A stretch of 64,000 bases of DNA from Oscillospiraceae bacterium (GCA_015068085.1 SVLF01000007.1:6361-70360), one strand, 5' to 3'. Shown: positions 39,417 to 50,137, counted from the stretch's first letter. The notes: generated by a model from the sequence alone, not told the origin. A program made the numbers and translations.

Positions 39417-42400
39417 TTATTTCATATAGTCAAGTACCCGTTTCAGCAGAACTGCAATCTCCGCTCTTGTTGTATATTCAAGAGGGGCGATGAGGTTGTT
39501 CTTGCCGTTGACGAGACCTGCACCGATGAGGGCGGTGACGGCATCCTTTGCGTAAGGCGCGACAGTGGTGAAGTCGGAGTATTGCGAGGGAGAAATCCCT
39601 CCAACGTCTTCGACGGTCCCCCTCCCGCGAGGTTTGGGAGGCTCATTGCCAAGGCTCTGCAGTGCGCGGTAGACTATCACCATCATATCCTGGCGGGTAA
39701 TGGTATTGCGCGGTGCGAACTTGTTATCACCGATACCGGATACAATTCCGTTGTTACGTGCTATTGCAAGCTCTTGCGCGAAGTAGTCAGAAGCATTTAC
39801 ATCTGCGAAGTTTTCCGTATCATCGCTCGTGAGGTTAAACGCACGAACGAGCAGGATTGCGAAATCTGCGCGGGTTATGTTGCTTGCCGGTGAGAAGGTA
39901 TTCTCGGATGTTCCCTTTATAATTCCGTCTGCCGCAAGGGTGTTGATTGCATCTTCTGCCCATGAGTGGCTATCAAGGTCAGTGAATTGCGTTTTTTCCA
40001 CCTCATCCGCCTCGCCTGCGCCCTGCACCTTTTCCTCGAGGAGAAGGCTTTCATCGTCGTCAGTTTTGTCGGTATTTGTCGTATCATCCGGTTTGTCGGT
40101 CGGTGCGGCACCGCCGCCACCGCCTCCTCCACCGCCGCCGGCAGGGGTTGATGTGTCTCCTGATGTTCCGGTATTTTCCGATGGCGTTTCGGTGCTATCA
40201 TTGCTTGACGAACCGCCCGTTGTGGAACCGTAAACCGTTACCGTGAAGTGAACGGTGCTTTCGCGCCCGTCGCTGTCACGGGCAGTTATCGCCACGTGGT
40301 TTTCGCCTATCTGCGAGCTGTCCGGCTTCCACGTAAACACGCCGGTTTCCGCATTGACAGAAGCTCCGCGCGGAAGCGTTGTTCCGATGTAGGTAATTTT
40401 CGGTGCATTTTCTTCTACAGGGCTGGTTGCGCTGAGCGATACGGATATTGTGCTGCCCGCACTGGTAGTTATGCTGTCATTTACCGGCGCAAACTCAGGC
40501 GAGAAGTCCTCACTGAACGACAGCGGAATTTCAAAGCTCTGTCCCGCCGAAATATTATATACATATCCAAGCTCCGGATTTGAAGCATTCTGATGTCCGC
40601 GGATGAGCGTTGTTCTGTCTATATCAAGACGAATTACGTTCTTACCTTCGCCATAGGTGTGGTTTTCAAGAACGCTTGCACCCTCTATCTTATACACCGC
40701 GTTATCTGCGCCGTCATTTGCGATGAAGATGTATTCACCTGCAAGTGCATCAGTATCCTCAATTTCTGCAGAAATGTCGATATAGTTCTTGAATGCAAGA
40801 TTTCTCTCAAAGCCTTCAATCTTACCGGTAAGAGTTCCCTTGTTCTCAACCTCATCGCCGATTATGTTGCCGTCGTGGACATAACGGTATGTCGGTGCGC
40901 CTTCGCTGTTCGTGCTGTACACTCCGACAAAGCCCCGGAAATCGAACACTCCGCCGACGTTGTATTTAACCGAATTATTCGTCGCATAAACAACATAATC
41001 AATTCTCTCACCGCCTACGTGCGTTACCTTTACCGCGCGTGCCATATCACCGCTCTGTTCCGTGCCGGAGACCACGCTTACATCAACAGCCTCGATTTTA
41101 TCAATATTGGATGTGTTGCGATACGGTTCATAGACCGTTGTGAAAAGGCTGTCAAGCTCCTGGCCTTCCGGTGCCTCGCGCTCAACATATACATATTCAA
41201 GCATCGTTGCGCGGTCGGCATCGAATCTATCTTTATATCCGATGTTCTTCGATGCCTCACTTCTCTGCGGAACGTGACCGCCCGCAAAGGCAACGCCGGT
41301 CGGCGTAAAGTCATTGACCTGCGTCATACGCAGATGTATACCCTTCGGATTCGAAAGCACCTTTTTGTAGTCGGTAATCTCGAAATCAACAGTGAAGTTG
41401 CTTTGCGGCTCTGCCGCACGGCGAACGTTACGCAGCCAAGTATATCCGCGCGGGAACATTGTTTCATAGCTCCATGCCGGCTGTGTCCACGGATCCTGAC
41501 CGTAGGTTACGGGGAAGACCGTTTCAAAGTCAACCTCTTCACCCGGGAGCGCCTTGCGAACACTGCCATCCGGATTCTTCACATATGCCGCATCCTTTCC
41601 GGCATATGTTGCCCAGTCCATTGTTCCGTTCTTATCCACCTGAATAAGCTCGGGCTCTGTCGCCATTGAAAGTCCCGAAACCTCATTTACCTTCGATGAT
41701 GCCGAGTGGTAAACATAAGTATGGTGGTTTCCGCCCGTTACGCGGAAAAAGTCAACGCCGTAAGATGTGTCGTCATTTATCTTTACCATAACAAGACTTC
41801 TTCGATAATTCTCTGCCTCTGCATACTTATGGGTTGCATCAATATCCATAAGCTTTACCATTCCCGAATCATTAAAGTGAAGCGGGAAGCCGCGTACATC
41901 ATCACCTATTGAATTCTTCTGATTTATCAGAACTGTGTTATGAGATAGAGTTGAGCCTACCCACTGCAAGCGATTAGGCGTATAGCTTGTATCTTCAGGA
42001 TATGCAAGGTCTGCACCGAGATTAAGACCGTATGCATCAACGTTAAGCTCGAGAGAGTCAGGATGTCCGTGTCCGTCGGTGTCGCCTGCCGTTATCCAGA
42101 AGTCGCGCATATTGTTTACCTCTGTGCTTGCGGATGCAGAATCATATATTCCGCCGTCACGAAGCACGGCAAAGCCCCACCCTGCCATAAGATCGCTTTC
42201 AAGCTTTCCCGTCTCATCAATAAGCGCAGCTATATCTTCTTCAAAGCTTTCCGGATCTTCTGTGAAAATATCATAGTGAAGCCCTTCCGTTGTTCTTCCG
42301 TTTCGTGTCCATATATACTGGGCAAGCTCGTCAGCGATATCAGTATCGCGAAGCTCTTTAAATCCCTTCTTCCATATCTCGATATCTCCGCTGTAATTTT

Positions 42401-44981
42401 CAACCGATAACGTTGTTGATGTATCACCTATATGCGGATGTCCCGGCGGTGTAACCGGACGGACAAAAGCCATAAACATCTCACGGAACTTCGGGTTTTC
42501 ATAGAGGTTGTATTTTGCTCCGTCCTTATAATCCGCAAGGAAGTCTGCCATCTTACCGAGCCCTTCTATCTGCGTGCGGTTATAGTTTGTGCTGGATTCA
42601 TGTCCCATGCCGTCGCGGTCGATAACGTCTATAAGCTGGCTCGTTACTCCGTCACCGCCCTGCTCAAACGATCCGTCCGGAACTGCCGGCTGATAAATCC
42701 ACTCGAGCATTTCGGTTGTCTCAGGCTGTCTGTCCTGAACAATAGCATTTATTGAAGTTGTCGCCTGGCTTTGACCAAAGTTACCTTCAATTCTTGCACA
42801 CTTGACGCCCCAATAATTCTTTCTGATAATTCCGTTTTCCCAATTCTTCCAGATATCATGAGAGCTTGACTTGTCGTTGCGGCGCATTTCATGCTCATAC
42901 TCACGGCAATCCCCATCGCACATACGTACATAACCACTGCTTGTGTAATTCAAATGGTAATCGTACTTATCATCATCCGGCAATGTGTCATACCCATATT
43001 TCTTTGCCTTCTCGGAAAGATAATCTATAACCTGAGTATCGGAAAGCACGGGATAAAACGCATCTGCGCACAGTGCAAGAATCTGCGCCTGATTATTTGA
43101 GTCTATGCGTCCGGTGATAAGCCCTATACCGCTTCCGCCTTCTGTATTATACCATATACGGTCGTAAGAGCCGTCACCGTTATAGTCTATATCGTTGTGA
43201 ATAAACATATCGTATGTGTGATAAACGTCTGCAATTCTGTCAAGAAGGATTGCTCCCGCTCTTCCGTATTTGATGTCTCCTGTATACAGATATGCATTCT
43301 TGAGCGTATCGAGAGCATCCGTAATTACGGTTTTCATCGTTCTGTCAACTATATGCGCAACATATATATGCTTTTCATCAAAATACTGAACTATACCGCT
43401 GCTTCCTGTGAGAGAATACTTATACGGAGTTACACCATCGGGCTGCAGCGGAACATATCCCCAACCGTCATCAACGCCCCACGTTTTCCAATCCTCACCG
43501 GGACGAAGACCCTGACTGTTATTAAGTGCCGGTGAAACTTTTGCCGGGTCAGCAAGCTCAGGATAAAGTGTGTTTACAAGATATCCGCCGTCAACGCCGA
43601 AGCCGTAGTGGTCCTGTTCTGCCTTCGTGAGAAAATCACCTTCGTTGATTTCTTTCTTACGTGCATCGTCTATTCCCGCATCAGGCAAGCTCTTTCCTTT
43701 TTCAAGGAGCATTGCACGGTGGGCTTCAAGCGCGCGGAGTCTGTCAAACGCGCCTTCGCGGTCAAGACCGAGCTTATAGAAACCCTCAAAGTCATTTGAC
43801 GGGAAAAGACGTTTGCAGTCCGGACACTGTGTCTTCCACGGACGTGAAATGACATCTGTAATAAAGTTACTGCCTTTTTTATTGATACCCCCATCGCAAT
43901 AACGGCAAAGGTTGTAGTACGGATCATTTACTCCGCCCATTCTCGTGCTTCGCGGGAGTCCTTCGGCGAGAATTATATCATAGAGAGAATCAAGCTCCTG
44001 AACATATGTTTCAGCTGCTTTTTCCGCACTCTTTTTCATACTCTTCGCCCAATCGTAAGTTGCAATATTCTCAAGAGCTGTAGCACGTTTTTCGGTTGTG
44101 TAATAAGTCGCTTCCGTTTTTCCGTCATCGCGCACAACCTCTATATTCTTTTCCGCGGAAACTTGCTCTCCGCGGAAGGTTGCGACAGCTGTTACCAGCA
44201 CACCCTTTTCTTTCGCAAGAGCAGTGACATATCCCGGATCGTCAAACCTTAACGCATCGCCGTCGTCGCTTGTGTATGTTACGCCCTCTGCCGGAATAGT
44301 TATCTTATTCCCGCTCTTCATTGAGAGAACAAAAGAAAGCTTTGTCTTTCCGCCGACGTAGATAAGATCATCACACTCTATTTCCGCACCGATTATGTCA
44401 GTATCATCAATTGCATTTATAACTATGCTTTCCTTTATGGCAGAATCTGCGTTTGAAACCGTTGCGGTAATTGTCACTTCACCGTGACCGCGGCCCGTTA
44501 TAACTCCGTTTTCATCCACCGTTGCAATATCGGGATTTGACGACTCATACAAAACAGAGTATGTTTTCTTATCAAGCAAGGTACCGTCAAGAAGCCGTGC
44601 CGTTATTGAGGTAGCAAGCGTTTTTCCGTAAGCTACTTCACTTCCCTCTGATGTGAAGCTTACAAGCTTCATTGTATTTATGCCGTCAAGCCTGAGAATA
44701 CGAGGGCAGAAATAACTGGGCTTAGCATCTCCTTGTTCAAAAACAAGAACGTATTCGCCTTTTTCCTCAATATCAACTGTTCCGATAACTCTTCTGTTCA
44801 CAGCATCCTTTGAAGGTGCAAGAAAGCTTACGGTGTTGATATATGTCTTTTTCGTCAGAAGCGAATCCACCTCCGCGACAGTTTGCGGTTTCGGAACAAT
44901 ATAAATGTTTGCGTTTGCCGTTGTTGCCGTTCTTGCATAATATTCAAAATCTACTGCGTATTTCCCGGCAGTCGGAAACAT
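39417..44981 (-). CDS. C-terminal part of a giant SLH-anchored heparinase II/III-like polysaccharide lyase
   Basis: Big_2 domain, GHGHPDSLE and STLSHNTV lyase-like motifs, He_PIG-like domain, Gly/Thr linker, three SLH repeats; start is probably artificial (frameshift). Confidence 0.8.
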   Translation of the reverse strand: MFPTAGKYAVDFEYYARTATTANANIYIVPKPQTVAEVDSLLTKKTYINTVSFLAPSKDAVNRRVIGTVDIEEKGEYVLVFEQGDAKPSYFCPRILRLDGINTMKLVSFTSEGSEVAYGKTLATSITARLLDGTLLDKKTYSVLYESSNPDIATVDENGVITGRGHGEVTITATVSNADSAIKESIVINAIDDTDIIGAEIECDDLIYVGGKTKLSFVLSMKSGNKITIPAEGVTYTSDDGDALRFDDPGYVTALAKEKGVLVTAVATFRGEQVSAEKNIEVVRDDGKTEATYYTTEKRATALENIATYDWAKSMKKSAEKAAETYVQELDSLYDIILAEGLPRSTRMGGVNDPYYNLCRYCDGGINKKGSNFITDVISRPWKTQCPDCKRLFPSNDFEGFYKLGLDREGAFDRLRALEAHRAMLLEKGKSLPDAGIDDARKKEINEGDFLTKAEQDHYGFGVDGGYLVNTLYPELADPAKVSPALNNSQGLRPGEDWKTWGVDDGWGYVPLQPDGVTPYKYSLTGSSGIVQYFDEKHIYVAHIVDRTMKTVITDALDTLKNAYLYTGDIKYGRAGAILLDRIADVYHTYDMFIHNDIDYNGDGSYDRIWYNTEGGSGIGLITGRIDSNNQAQILALCADAFYPVLSDTQVIDYLSEKAKKYGYDTLPDDDKYDYHLNYTSSGYVRMCDGDCREYEHEMRRNDKSSSHDIWKNWENGIIRKNYWGVKCARIEGNFGQSQATTSINAIVQDRQPETTEMLEWIYQPAVPDGSFEQGGDGVTSQLIDVIDRDGMGHESSTNYNRTQIEGLGKMADFLADYKDGAKYNLYENPKFREMFMAFVRPVTPPGHPHIGDTSTTLSVENYSGDIEIWKKGFKELRDTDIADELAQYIWTRNGRTTEGLHYDIFTEDPESFEEDIAALIDETGKLESDLMAGWGFAVLRDGGIYDSASASTEVNNMRDFWITAGDTDGHGHPDSLELNVDAYGLNLGADLAYPEDTSYTPNRLQWVGSTLSHNTVLINQKNSIGDDVRGFPLHFNDSGMVKLMDIDATHKYAEAENYRRSLVMVKINDDTSYGVDFFRVTGGNHHTYVYHSASSKVNEVSGLSMATEPELIQVDKNGTMDWATYAGKDAAYVKNPDGSVRKALPGEEVDFETVFPVTYGQDPWTQPAWSYETMFPRGYTWLRNVRRAAEPQSNFTVDFEITDYKKVLSNPKGIHLRMTQVNDFTPTGVAFAGGHVPQRSEASKNIGYKDRFDADRATMLEYVYVEREAPEGQELDSLFTTVYEPYRNTSNIDKIEAVDVSVVSGTEQSGDMARAVKVTHVGGERIDYVVYATNNSVKYNVGGVFDFRGFVGVYSTNSEGAPTYRYVHDGNIIGDEVENKGTLTGKIEGFERNLAFKNYIDISAEIEDTDALAGEYIFIANDGADNAVYKIEGASVLENHTYGEGKNVIRLDIDRTTLIRGHQNASNPELGYVYNISAGQSFEIPLSFSEDFSPEFAPVNDSITTSAGSTISVSLSATSPVEENAPKITYIGTTLPRGASVNAETGVFTWKPDSSQIGENHVAITARDSDGRESTVHFTVTVYGSTTGGSSSNDSTETPSENTGTSGDTSTPAGGGGGGGGGGAAPTDKPDDTTNTDKTDDDESLLLEEKVQGAGEADEVEKTQFTDLDSHSWAEDAINTLAADGIIKGTSENTFSPASNITRADFAILLVRAFNLTSDDTENFADVNASDYFAQELAIARNNGIVSGIGDNKFAPRNTITRQDMMVIVYRALQSLGNEPPKPRGRGTVEDVGGISPSQYSDFTTVAPYAKDAVTALIGAGLVNGKNNLIAPLEYTTRAEIAVLLKRVLDYMK

Positions 44982-47040
44982 TTATCGTAAGTCCGTACCA
45001 TCGTCCCGCACCGGGATATATTCTGAGATAGTTGCTGGTGTAGCGCGCATTCTTTGCTACAAAATTATTCGGCCCCGCACCGAACCATTCCCACGTTCCG
45101 TCTGTGTAATCATCGGTAATACCTAAAATATCCGTATCTCTTGCAACATTTGGATTCGTGCTTTGCCCGGGCTTTGAAAACGGAGCCCACTCCGGACTTA
45201 TCGTTTCGAAGAAATTATATGTATAAATGGTATCCGCGCACGGAAGCTGCGGCGGAAGTTCGGTTACTTTATATGTGTCTTTTACCGTATCGTACAGCAC
45301 TCCGTCAAAATATATTTCTGCCGTAAGCTCAGTTTCTCCTATTGCATAAACATCAACCATACCGTCATTTTTTCCGATATCCGCAACAGATGTATCTGAG
45401 CTTTTCCACGTTATCGTTGCACCTGACAAATCTTTATATGACTTATTGCTGAGAAGAATAGAAACCGAGGCTTCACCGTCTTCGTTGACTGTGATGCTCT
45501 TCTTCATCGGCACAGCGTCTCCCGTACCGCTTGTGAGCCAGAAATCACCGACAGAGCCTACACCGTCTCTTGCCCAGAAAGCGATTGTGTAATATCCGGC
45601 TTCCGGAATTTCAAAGCCCTGTATTTTGTTAGGTGCTGATATCAGCTTATCAAAATCATCTCCCGCGCCTTCTTCATCACACGGATAACTTCCTATGTAA
45701 GTGCCGAGAGATGCTTCTATTTTATCTTTGTTTCCGGAAATATTGTCTGTGTAAACCCCACCGGCTTCTTCGAGCTTCTTGATTGTGCTGAGATAAACTC
45801 TCACATCCTTAGCGCCGCTCATTATTCCGTTTTTCATTTCCATTGTATATGTTCCCGCTACGGGGATATATACTTCATATACTACCGCAACATTAGACGC
45901 AATCTGCATATTGCCGGTACCTTTTGAGTTGTCACCTCTCGGTCGGGCATAACGTGTTGTGGTATTTTCTTTATCGAAATTACCGTCGTAGTATTGGTAA
46001 AAGTCATCAGTGTTTTTATATGTAGCCTGTCTTACTGCTTCATTACGGGGTGATCCGCCTATCGATGTCGCAAAATACCCTATATCATAAAATATCTTTG
46101 CACCGGCGTTTGCAACCTTGATGGTCTTTGATGCGGAAAGCACTCCTCCCGCAGATTCAAGTGTCGCCGTAATGGTTGCCTCGCCTTCTTCACCGCCGAT
46201 GATTAAACCGTTATCGGATACCGTTGCGTTTCCGGTTACGGAATACGAAGCTTTATCGGTAACATCTTCAAAAGTGCCGTCGCTCATAATAGCTGTAACC
46301 GTCATCTGTGCCGTTCCGCCGTTCGGTGCGATTGCAGTTTTATCCACCTCTGCTGAAATCAACATCGGCACGGCGCCGGGTCCGCCGTTAAGAGTAATTG
46401 CCCCCGGATACATCCTCGCGTTTGAGTCTGTCCCTGAATTTTGATCCTTCAGTGCCTTATAAACGACCAAGTATTTGCCTGCTTCCGGGAAATAATAGTC
46501 TCCTGCTCCGATCGTTGCCTTCGCATTTCCCGAGCCGTTTTCATTTCTGAAATCAATATCCGTTGTCTGCGCCGTTTCTTCAGTAAGCGCAGCGGCAATT
46601 TCATTATCTGTATACTCTGTTCCCGTAGCTTCATTGATCAGCGGAAGAATCCACATTCCCGCTTGCTGTGCCGCGGCAACGCTTTTCTTCATGTGACCGT
46701 ACTCAAGCGTCACATCATATTTTCCTGCCTTGGGAACATATATCTCCACTGCTACCCATTCGCCTACAAAACAATTGTAGTAAAGGCAATATGAATTCTG
46801 CACAATAAACCCTCTGCTTGTAGCCTTTGAATGATAACCCCAGAATTCACTTGTGTCAGCAAACCCAATTCCGGTTATATCCGTATCATTCGGGAATGTA
46901 TATCCCGCACCTGAAACCATCCCGTACCTTACGGTAATGCCGGAATATTCCTGCGCATTCTCTCCGTCTGCAGAAACCGCCGGCACAAGGCTTATAAGCA
47001 TTGCAAGCGACAAAAACAATGATAATAATCTTTTCATCAA
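44944..47040 (-). CDS. N-terminal part of the same giant surface protein (signal peptide, CBM-like and Big_2 modules)
   Basis: Signal peptide; removing one T at about 44977 gives WYGLTINVPTAGKY, matching the repeated YVP.AG.Y motif. Confidence 0.8.
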   Translation of the reverse strand: MMKRLLSLFLSLAMLISLVPAVSADGENAQEYSGITVRYGMVSGAGYTFPNDTDITGIGFADTSEFWGYHSKATSRGFIVQNSYCLYYNCFVGEWVAVEIYVPKAGKYDVTLEYGHMKKSVAAAQQAGMWILPLINEATGTEYTDNEIAAALTEETAQTTDIDFRNENGSGNAKATIGAGDYYFPEAGKYLVVYKALKDQNSGTDSNARMYPGAITLNGGPGAVPMLISAEVDKTAIAPNGGTAQMTVTAIMSDGTFEDVTDKASYSVTGNATVSDNGLIIGGEEGEATITATLESAGGVLSASKTIKVANAGAKIFYDIGYFATSIGGSPRNEAVRQATYKNTDDFYQYYDGNFDKENTTTRYARPRGDNSKGTGNMQIASNVAVVYEVYIPVAGTYTMEMKNGIMSGAKDVRVYLSTIKKLEEAGGVYTDNISGNKDKIEASLGTYIGSYPCDEEGAGDDFDKLISAPNKIQGFEIPEAGYYTIAFWARDGVGSVGDFWLTSGTGDAVPMKKSITVNEDGEASVSILLSNKSYKDLSGATITWKSSDTSVADIGKNDGMVDVYAIGETELTAEIYFDGVLYDTVKDTYKVTELPPQLPCADTIYTYNFFETISPEWAPFSKPGQSTNPNVARDTDILGITDDYTDGTWEWFGAGPNNFVAKNARYTSNYLRIYPGAGRWYGLTINVSDCREIRSRF

Positions 47041-47084
47041 TGGTCCTCCTCGTGTTGTATGGATTCTAATATCTTTTCTCTATA

Positions 47085-47936
47085 TTACTCAAGATAAAGC
47101 GTTTCACCGGATGATATCTTGTGCATCTCGCCGTCAATCACAAACCATATCTCAAAAAGAGTAGGGTTGTAAATAATTGAACCGTCTGCACTATAGATAA
47201 GCGAGTTATATGCATTTACGTATTCGTAAATTTCCATATTGGTCGCATACCATATATCGTCTTTTCCGGAAAGCTTCTCACAGATTTCATCAAGAAGCTC
47301 CCAGCCGGTATAACGCTCAAACTCGTTGCTGTGTCCCCAAAGGTAAAAGAGTCTTGGACCCCCGCGCGAATTTCTTATCCTGTTTTTCTCGTCATCCATA
47401 AAAGCATCGATGTATTCCGGAAGCTCAGGATTTGCGTGGCGCGTAGTCGGAATCCAGTTATGCCAGTCGGTAGGCAAATGGAACTCCTTATTGTCTCCAC
47501 GGAGAGATCGGGCATATACAACATCAAGGTCTGTGAGATATCTTTTGACGTTTTCGTAAGTAGCGCCGTTTTCAAAATACGTTATCCCTGAATCCGGATA
47601 CGCCATTCCGCGTATTATAATCCCAAGCTTTTTTTCCCACTCAAGCCGACAATCAAGGGTATCGCGGATTCCCTCAATGCATCTCATACTTCCGTTTGCA
47701 CGGTGAACGGTACCGTGAATGGCAACCTCATGTCCTCTGTCAAGTATATATTCCCGAACCTGCTCCGCGGTAATATGGTTCTCGCGAAGCCCCTCGTGGT
47801 TGAGGTTAAACGTTGCTTTCATCCCGCACGAGGTTATCTTATCCGAAAAGCGCATATCCTCACGCAGGCCGTCATCATAGCTTAGCGTTACCGCCTTTGC
47901 CTTTCCGCCCGGAAATCTTAAAAATCTGTATTGCAT
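47085..47936 (-). CDS. Polysaccharide deacetylase (CE4/NodB-like)
   Basis: TLSYDDG, GHEVAIHG.VH, MAYP, LWGHS. Confidence 0.88.
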   Translation of the reverse strand: MQYRFLRFPGGKAKAVTLSYDDGLREDMRFSDKITSCGMKATFNLNHEGLRENHITAEQVREYILDRGHEVAIHGTVHRANGSMRCIEGIRDTLDCRLEWEKKLGIIIRGMAYPDSGITYFENGATYENVKRYLTDLDVVYARSLRGDNKEFHLPTDWHNWIPTTRHANPELPEYIDAFMDDEKNRIRNSRGGPRLFYLWGHSNEFERYTGWELLDEICEKLSGKDDIWYATNMEIYEYVNAYNSLIYSADGSIIYNPTLFEIWFVIDGEMHKISSGETLYLE

Positions 47937-47959
47937 AACACCCGCTCCTTGCACCCAAA

Positions 47960-49525
47960 CTATTTTATCTTGTTATACGCATTTTCGTAAACCGCGAGAA
48001 GCTCTTTAATCGGAAGAGATGAAAGCTCCTTTTGGAATTCATCCCATTCACTCATCGGACGCTGACCGATAATGAACTTCTGAATATTTTCTTTTACCAT
48101 TGTACCAAGCGTTGTGCTGTAATCCGCCACTTCTGCTTTCTCCGCTGAGCTTAAGTTTATATATACAGTCGGATCAAGCTTCGGATAAGTATACTCAAGA
48201 ACAAAATCAGTCGTTGCCGCCTGTTCCTCGGACATACCCGCCTCTGCTGCCGCCGGATCGATACGGAGATATGAACCGATTGTCTGGAAGCCGTAAAGAA
48301 CCTGCGCATTGTTCTCTCCCTCTGGGAAGATAAAGCGTTTTTTGCCGTTGACTACCTCATAGGTTTCGCCTTCTTTGCCCCACGAAACAAGCTCGCTTCC
48401 CTCGTTGGAATAGAACCAGTTTATGTATCTCCATGCATTTGCAATGGATGCCTCATCTCCGGTGTTTGCAACTGCCATACCGGTCGGGTCCCAGTTGAGC
48501 TTGTTAAACATCGGAACACCGATACCGTTATCCGCATGCGGCGGTTTCATAGCTGTAAGGTTAAACTCCGGATTGTTAGGACGTGCAAGATTGTTGAAGA
48601 AGTCAATACGAATCTGATACTCCGGCATGATAAAGCCGCGGTCTGTGGTAACAAGCTCCTGCCACGAAGAAGTGTTGATTGTGAAATAATCCTGCGGAAT
48701 AAGCTTTTCGTCATACATCTTCTTGAAGAATGTTACGAGCTGAAGCATAATGTCGCTTTCTGCCGTTCCGTAGCTCCACTTTTCATTATCGAAATCATAA
48801 TAAACGCCATAGCTGAAATTCGGCTTCCACATTGAGCCTATAACAGCAAGATTGTTGATGCCGTTTCTCATGCAGAAGGGATATGACTCAGGATACAGCT
48901 CTTTAAGCTTTTTTGAAACTGTGTAAAGCTCATCAAGAGTTTCCGGAGTTTTGAGACCGTGTTTGTCGAAAATATCCTTGCGATAGAGCCATGCGCGAAC
49001 ATTCTTTGAACGCTCCATACCGTAGACAGGCGTGAAATACACCTTCCCGTCAACCGCTTTATGCATATCTCTCATCCACTGCTCATCCTCGGAAACGCTA
49101 TCCCAGAACTTATTATAGTCCGGCAGGAACTCTTCATAATCATCAAAGGCAAGGAATGCGCCCTGCTCGCAGTAGTCTGAAAACGTTCCCGGTCTGCCGG
49201 AAAACCCGAATACATCCGGCAAGGAATCCGGTGCTGCCATTGTGAGCGAAAACTTTGTTCCGAAGTCCGAAGACGGAACAGCGTTAACATTGATAGTCCC
49301 GCCGATTGCCTCTTCTATGTACTCCCATACCTTCCAGTTTTCGTCATACGGCCAGCTTGCATGGCTTGCTATAGTGATGTCAAGCACTGCATCATCGGGA
49401 ATTTGCTTTCCCTCCGGAATGTCATAGGAGACCTCCCCCGAAAGCGCTTTCTCCCCCGCACCGCCGCAAGCGGCAAGCGATAAAATCATAAGTCCTGCAA
49501 GAATTAAGCTTAAAAATCTTTTCAT
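47960..49525 (-). CDS. Sugar ABC transporter solute-binding lipoprotein
   Basis: Lipobox LAAC; YRKDIFDKHGL..PETLDEL, WGKEGETY, KFIIGQRP. Confidence 0.92.
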   Translation of the reverse strand: MKRFLSLILAGLMILSLAACGGAGEKALSGEVSYDIPEGKQIPDDAVLDITIASHASWPYDENWKVWEYIEEAIGGTINVNAVPSSDFGTKFSLTMAAPDSLPDVFGFSGRPGTFSDYCEQGAFLAFDDYEEFLPDYNKFWDSVSEDEQWMRDMHKAVDGKVYFTPVYGMERSKNVRAWLYRKDIFDKHGLKTPETLDELYTVSKKLKELYPESYPFCMRNGINNLAVIGSMWKPNFSYGVYYDFDNEKWSYGTAESDIMLQLVTFFKKMYDEKLIPQDYFTINTSSWQELVTTDRGFIMPEYQIRIDFFNNLARPNNPEFNLTAMKPPHADNGIGVPMFNKLNWDPTGMAVANTGDEASIANAWRYINWFYSNEGSELVSWGKEGETYEVVNGKKRFIFPEGENNAQVLYGFQTIGSYLRIDPAAAEAGMSEEQAATTDFVLEYTYPKLDPTVYINLSSAEKAEVADYSTTLGTMVKENIQKFIIGQRPMSEWDEFQKELSSLPIKELLAVYENAYNKIK

Positions 49526-49570
49526 GTTGTTGTCCTCCATTTATTAAGAATATTTTACAACCTTAGTTAT

Positions 49571-49611
49571 ATTATATAATGCGTAAATCGCAATTTTAAT
49601 AAAATCGTTCA
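49571..49611 (-). promoter_or_regulatory. Regulon motif TGAACGATTTTAYTAAA plus TATAAT (copy 1 of 3)
   Basis: Same motif and same spacing to -10 at 54825-54865 and 58663-58703. Confidence 0.8.
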
Positions 49612-49676
49612 CGTTCTGCAAAATTTCATATAGTAATTTGTGGGAATATAAATGAGCGGAGAGGATGTCCTCTCCG

Positions 49677-49719
49677 CCCGTGAATTTTAGTCTGCGTAGA
49701 TTACGCGGTATGTGCCGTT
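49677..49719 (-). repeat. Orphan copy of the 3' end of the 50786-53557 gene
   Basis: 40/43 identical to 50776-50818; encodes NGTYRVIYAD*. Confidence 0.9.
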
Positions 49720-49734
49720 ACTTTGAAAAACCGG

Positions 49735-49791
49735 TTGACAAATTAAGTATTTTTATGTATAATGAAACTACGATAATATCGTAGTTTCATT
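49735..49791 (+). promoter_or_regulatory. TA promoter with palindromic operator
   Basis: TTGACA-17-TATAAT; AATGAAACTACGATA-A-TATCGTAGTTTCATT (49761-49791). Confidence 0.85.
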
Positions 49792-49803
49792 GGATGTGAT
49801 AAA

Positions 49804-50133
49804 ATGACAAGAGAATTTGTTCATACCGCTCCTTTTCTCAAATGTTGGAAGGCGATGGGCTTAAGCACGGACGATTTAAGAAAGCTTGAACTGATACTGC
49901 TTAAAAGTCCGCAGTCAGGTGATGTAATACAAGGGACTGGCGGTGCGCGCAAGCTCCGGATTCGTCTTGAGGGAAAAGGAAAAAGCGGAGGCGGCAGAGT
50001 TATATATCTTGATATTTTCGAAAAAGAGAAATTATATTTTCTTTTTGCATATCCTAAAAATGTACAAGAGGATTTGATCCCTGAGCAAAAAGAAGCAATC
50101 AGGATGTTAATAAACAGAATAAAGGAGGAATAA
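49804..50133 (+). CDS. RelE/HigB-family toxin
   Basis: GDVIQGTGGARKLR, GKSGGGRVIY, AYPKN. Confidence 0.93.
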   Translation: MTREFVHTAPFLKCWKAMGLSTDDLRKLELILLKSPQSGDVIQGTGGARKLRIRLEGKGKSGGGRVIYLDIFEKEKLYFLFAYPKNVQEDLIPEQKEAIRMLINRIKEE

Positions 50134-50137
50134 GCTT

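Noticed and set aside
40100-40145. CCG-rich microsatellite
   Set aside because: Encodes the poly-Gly linker before the SLH domains, with mixed codons.
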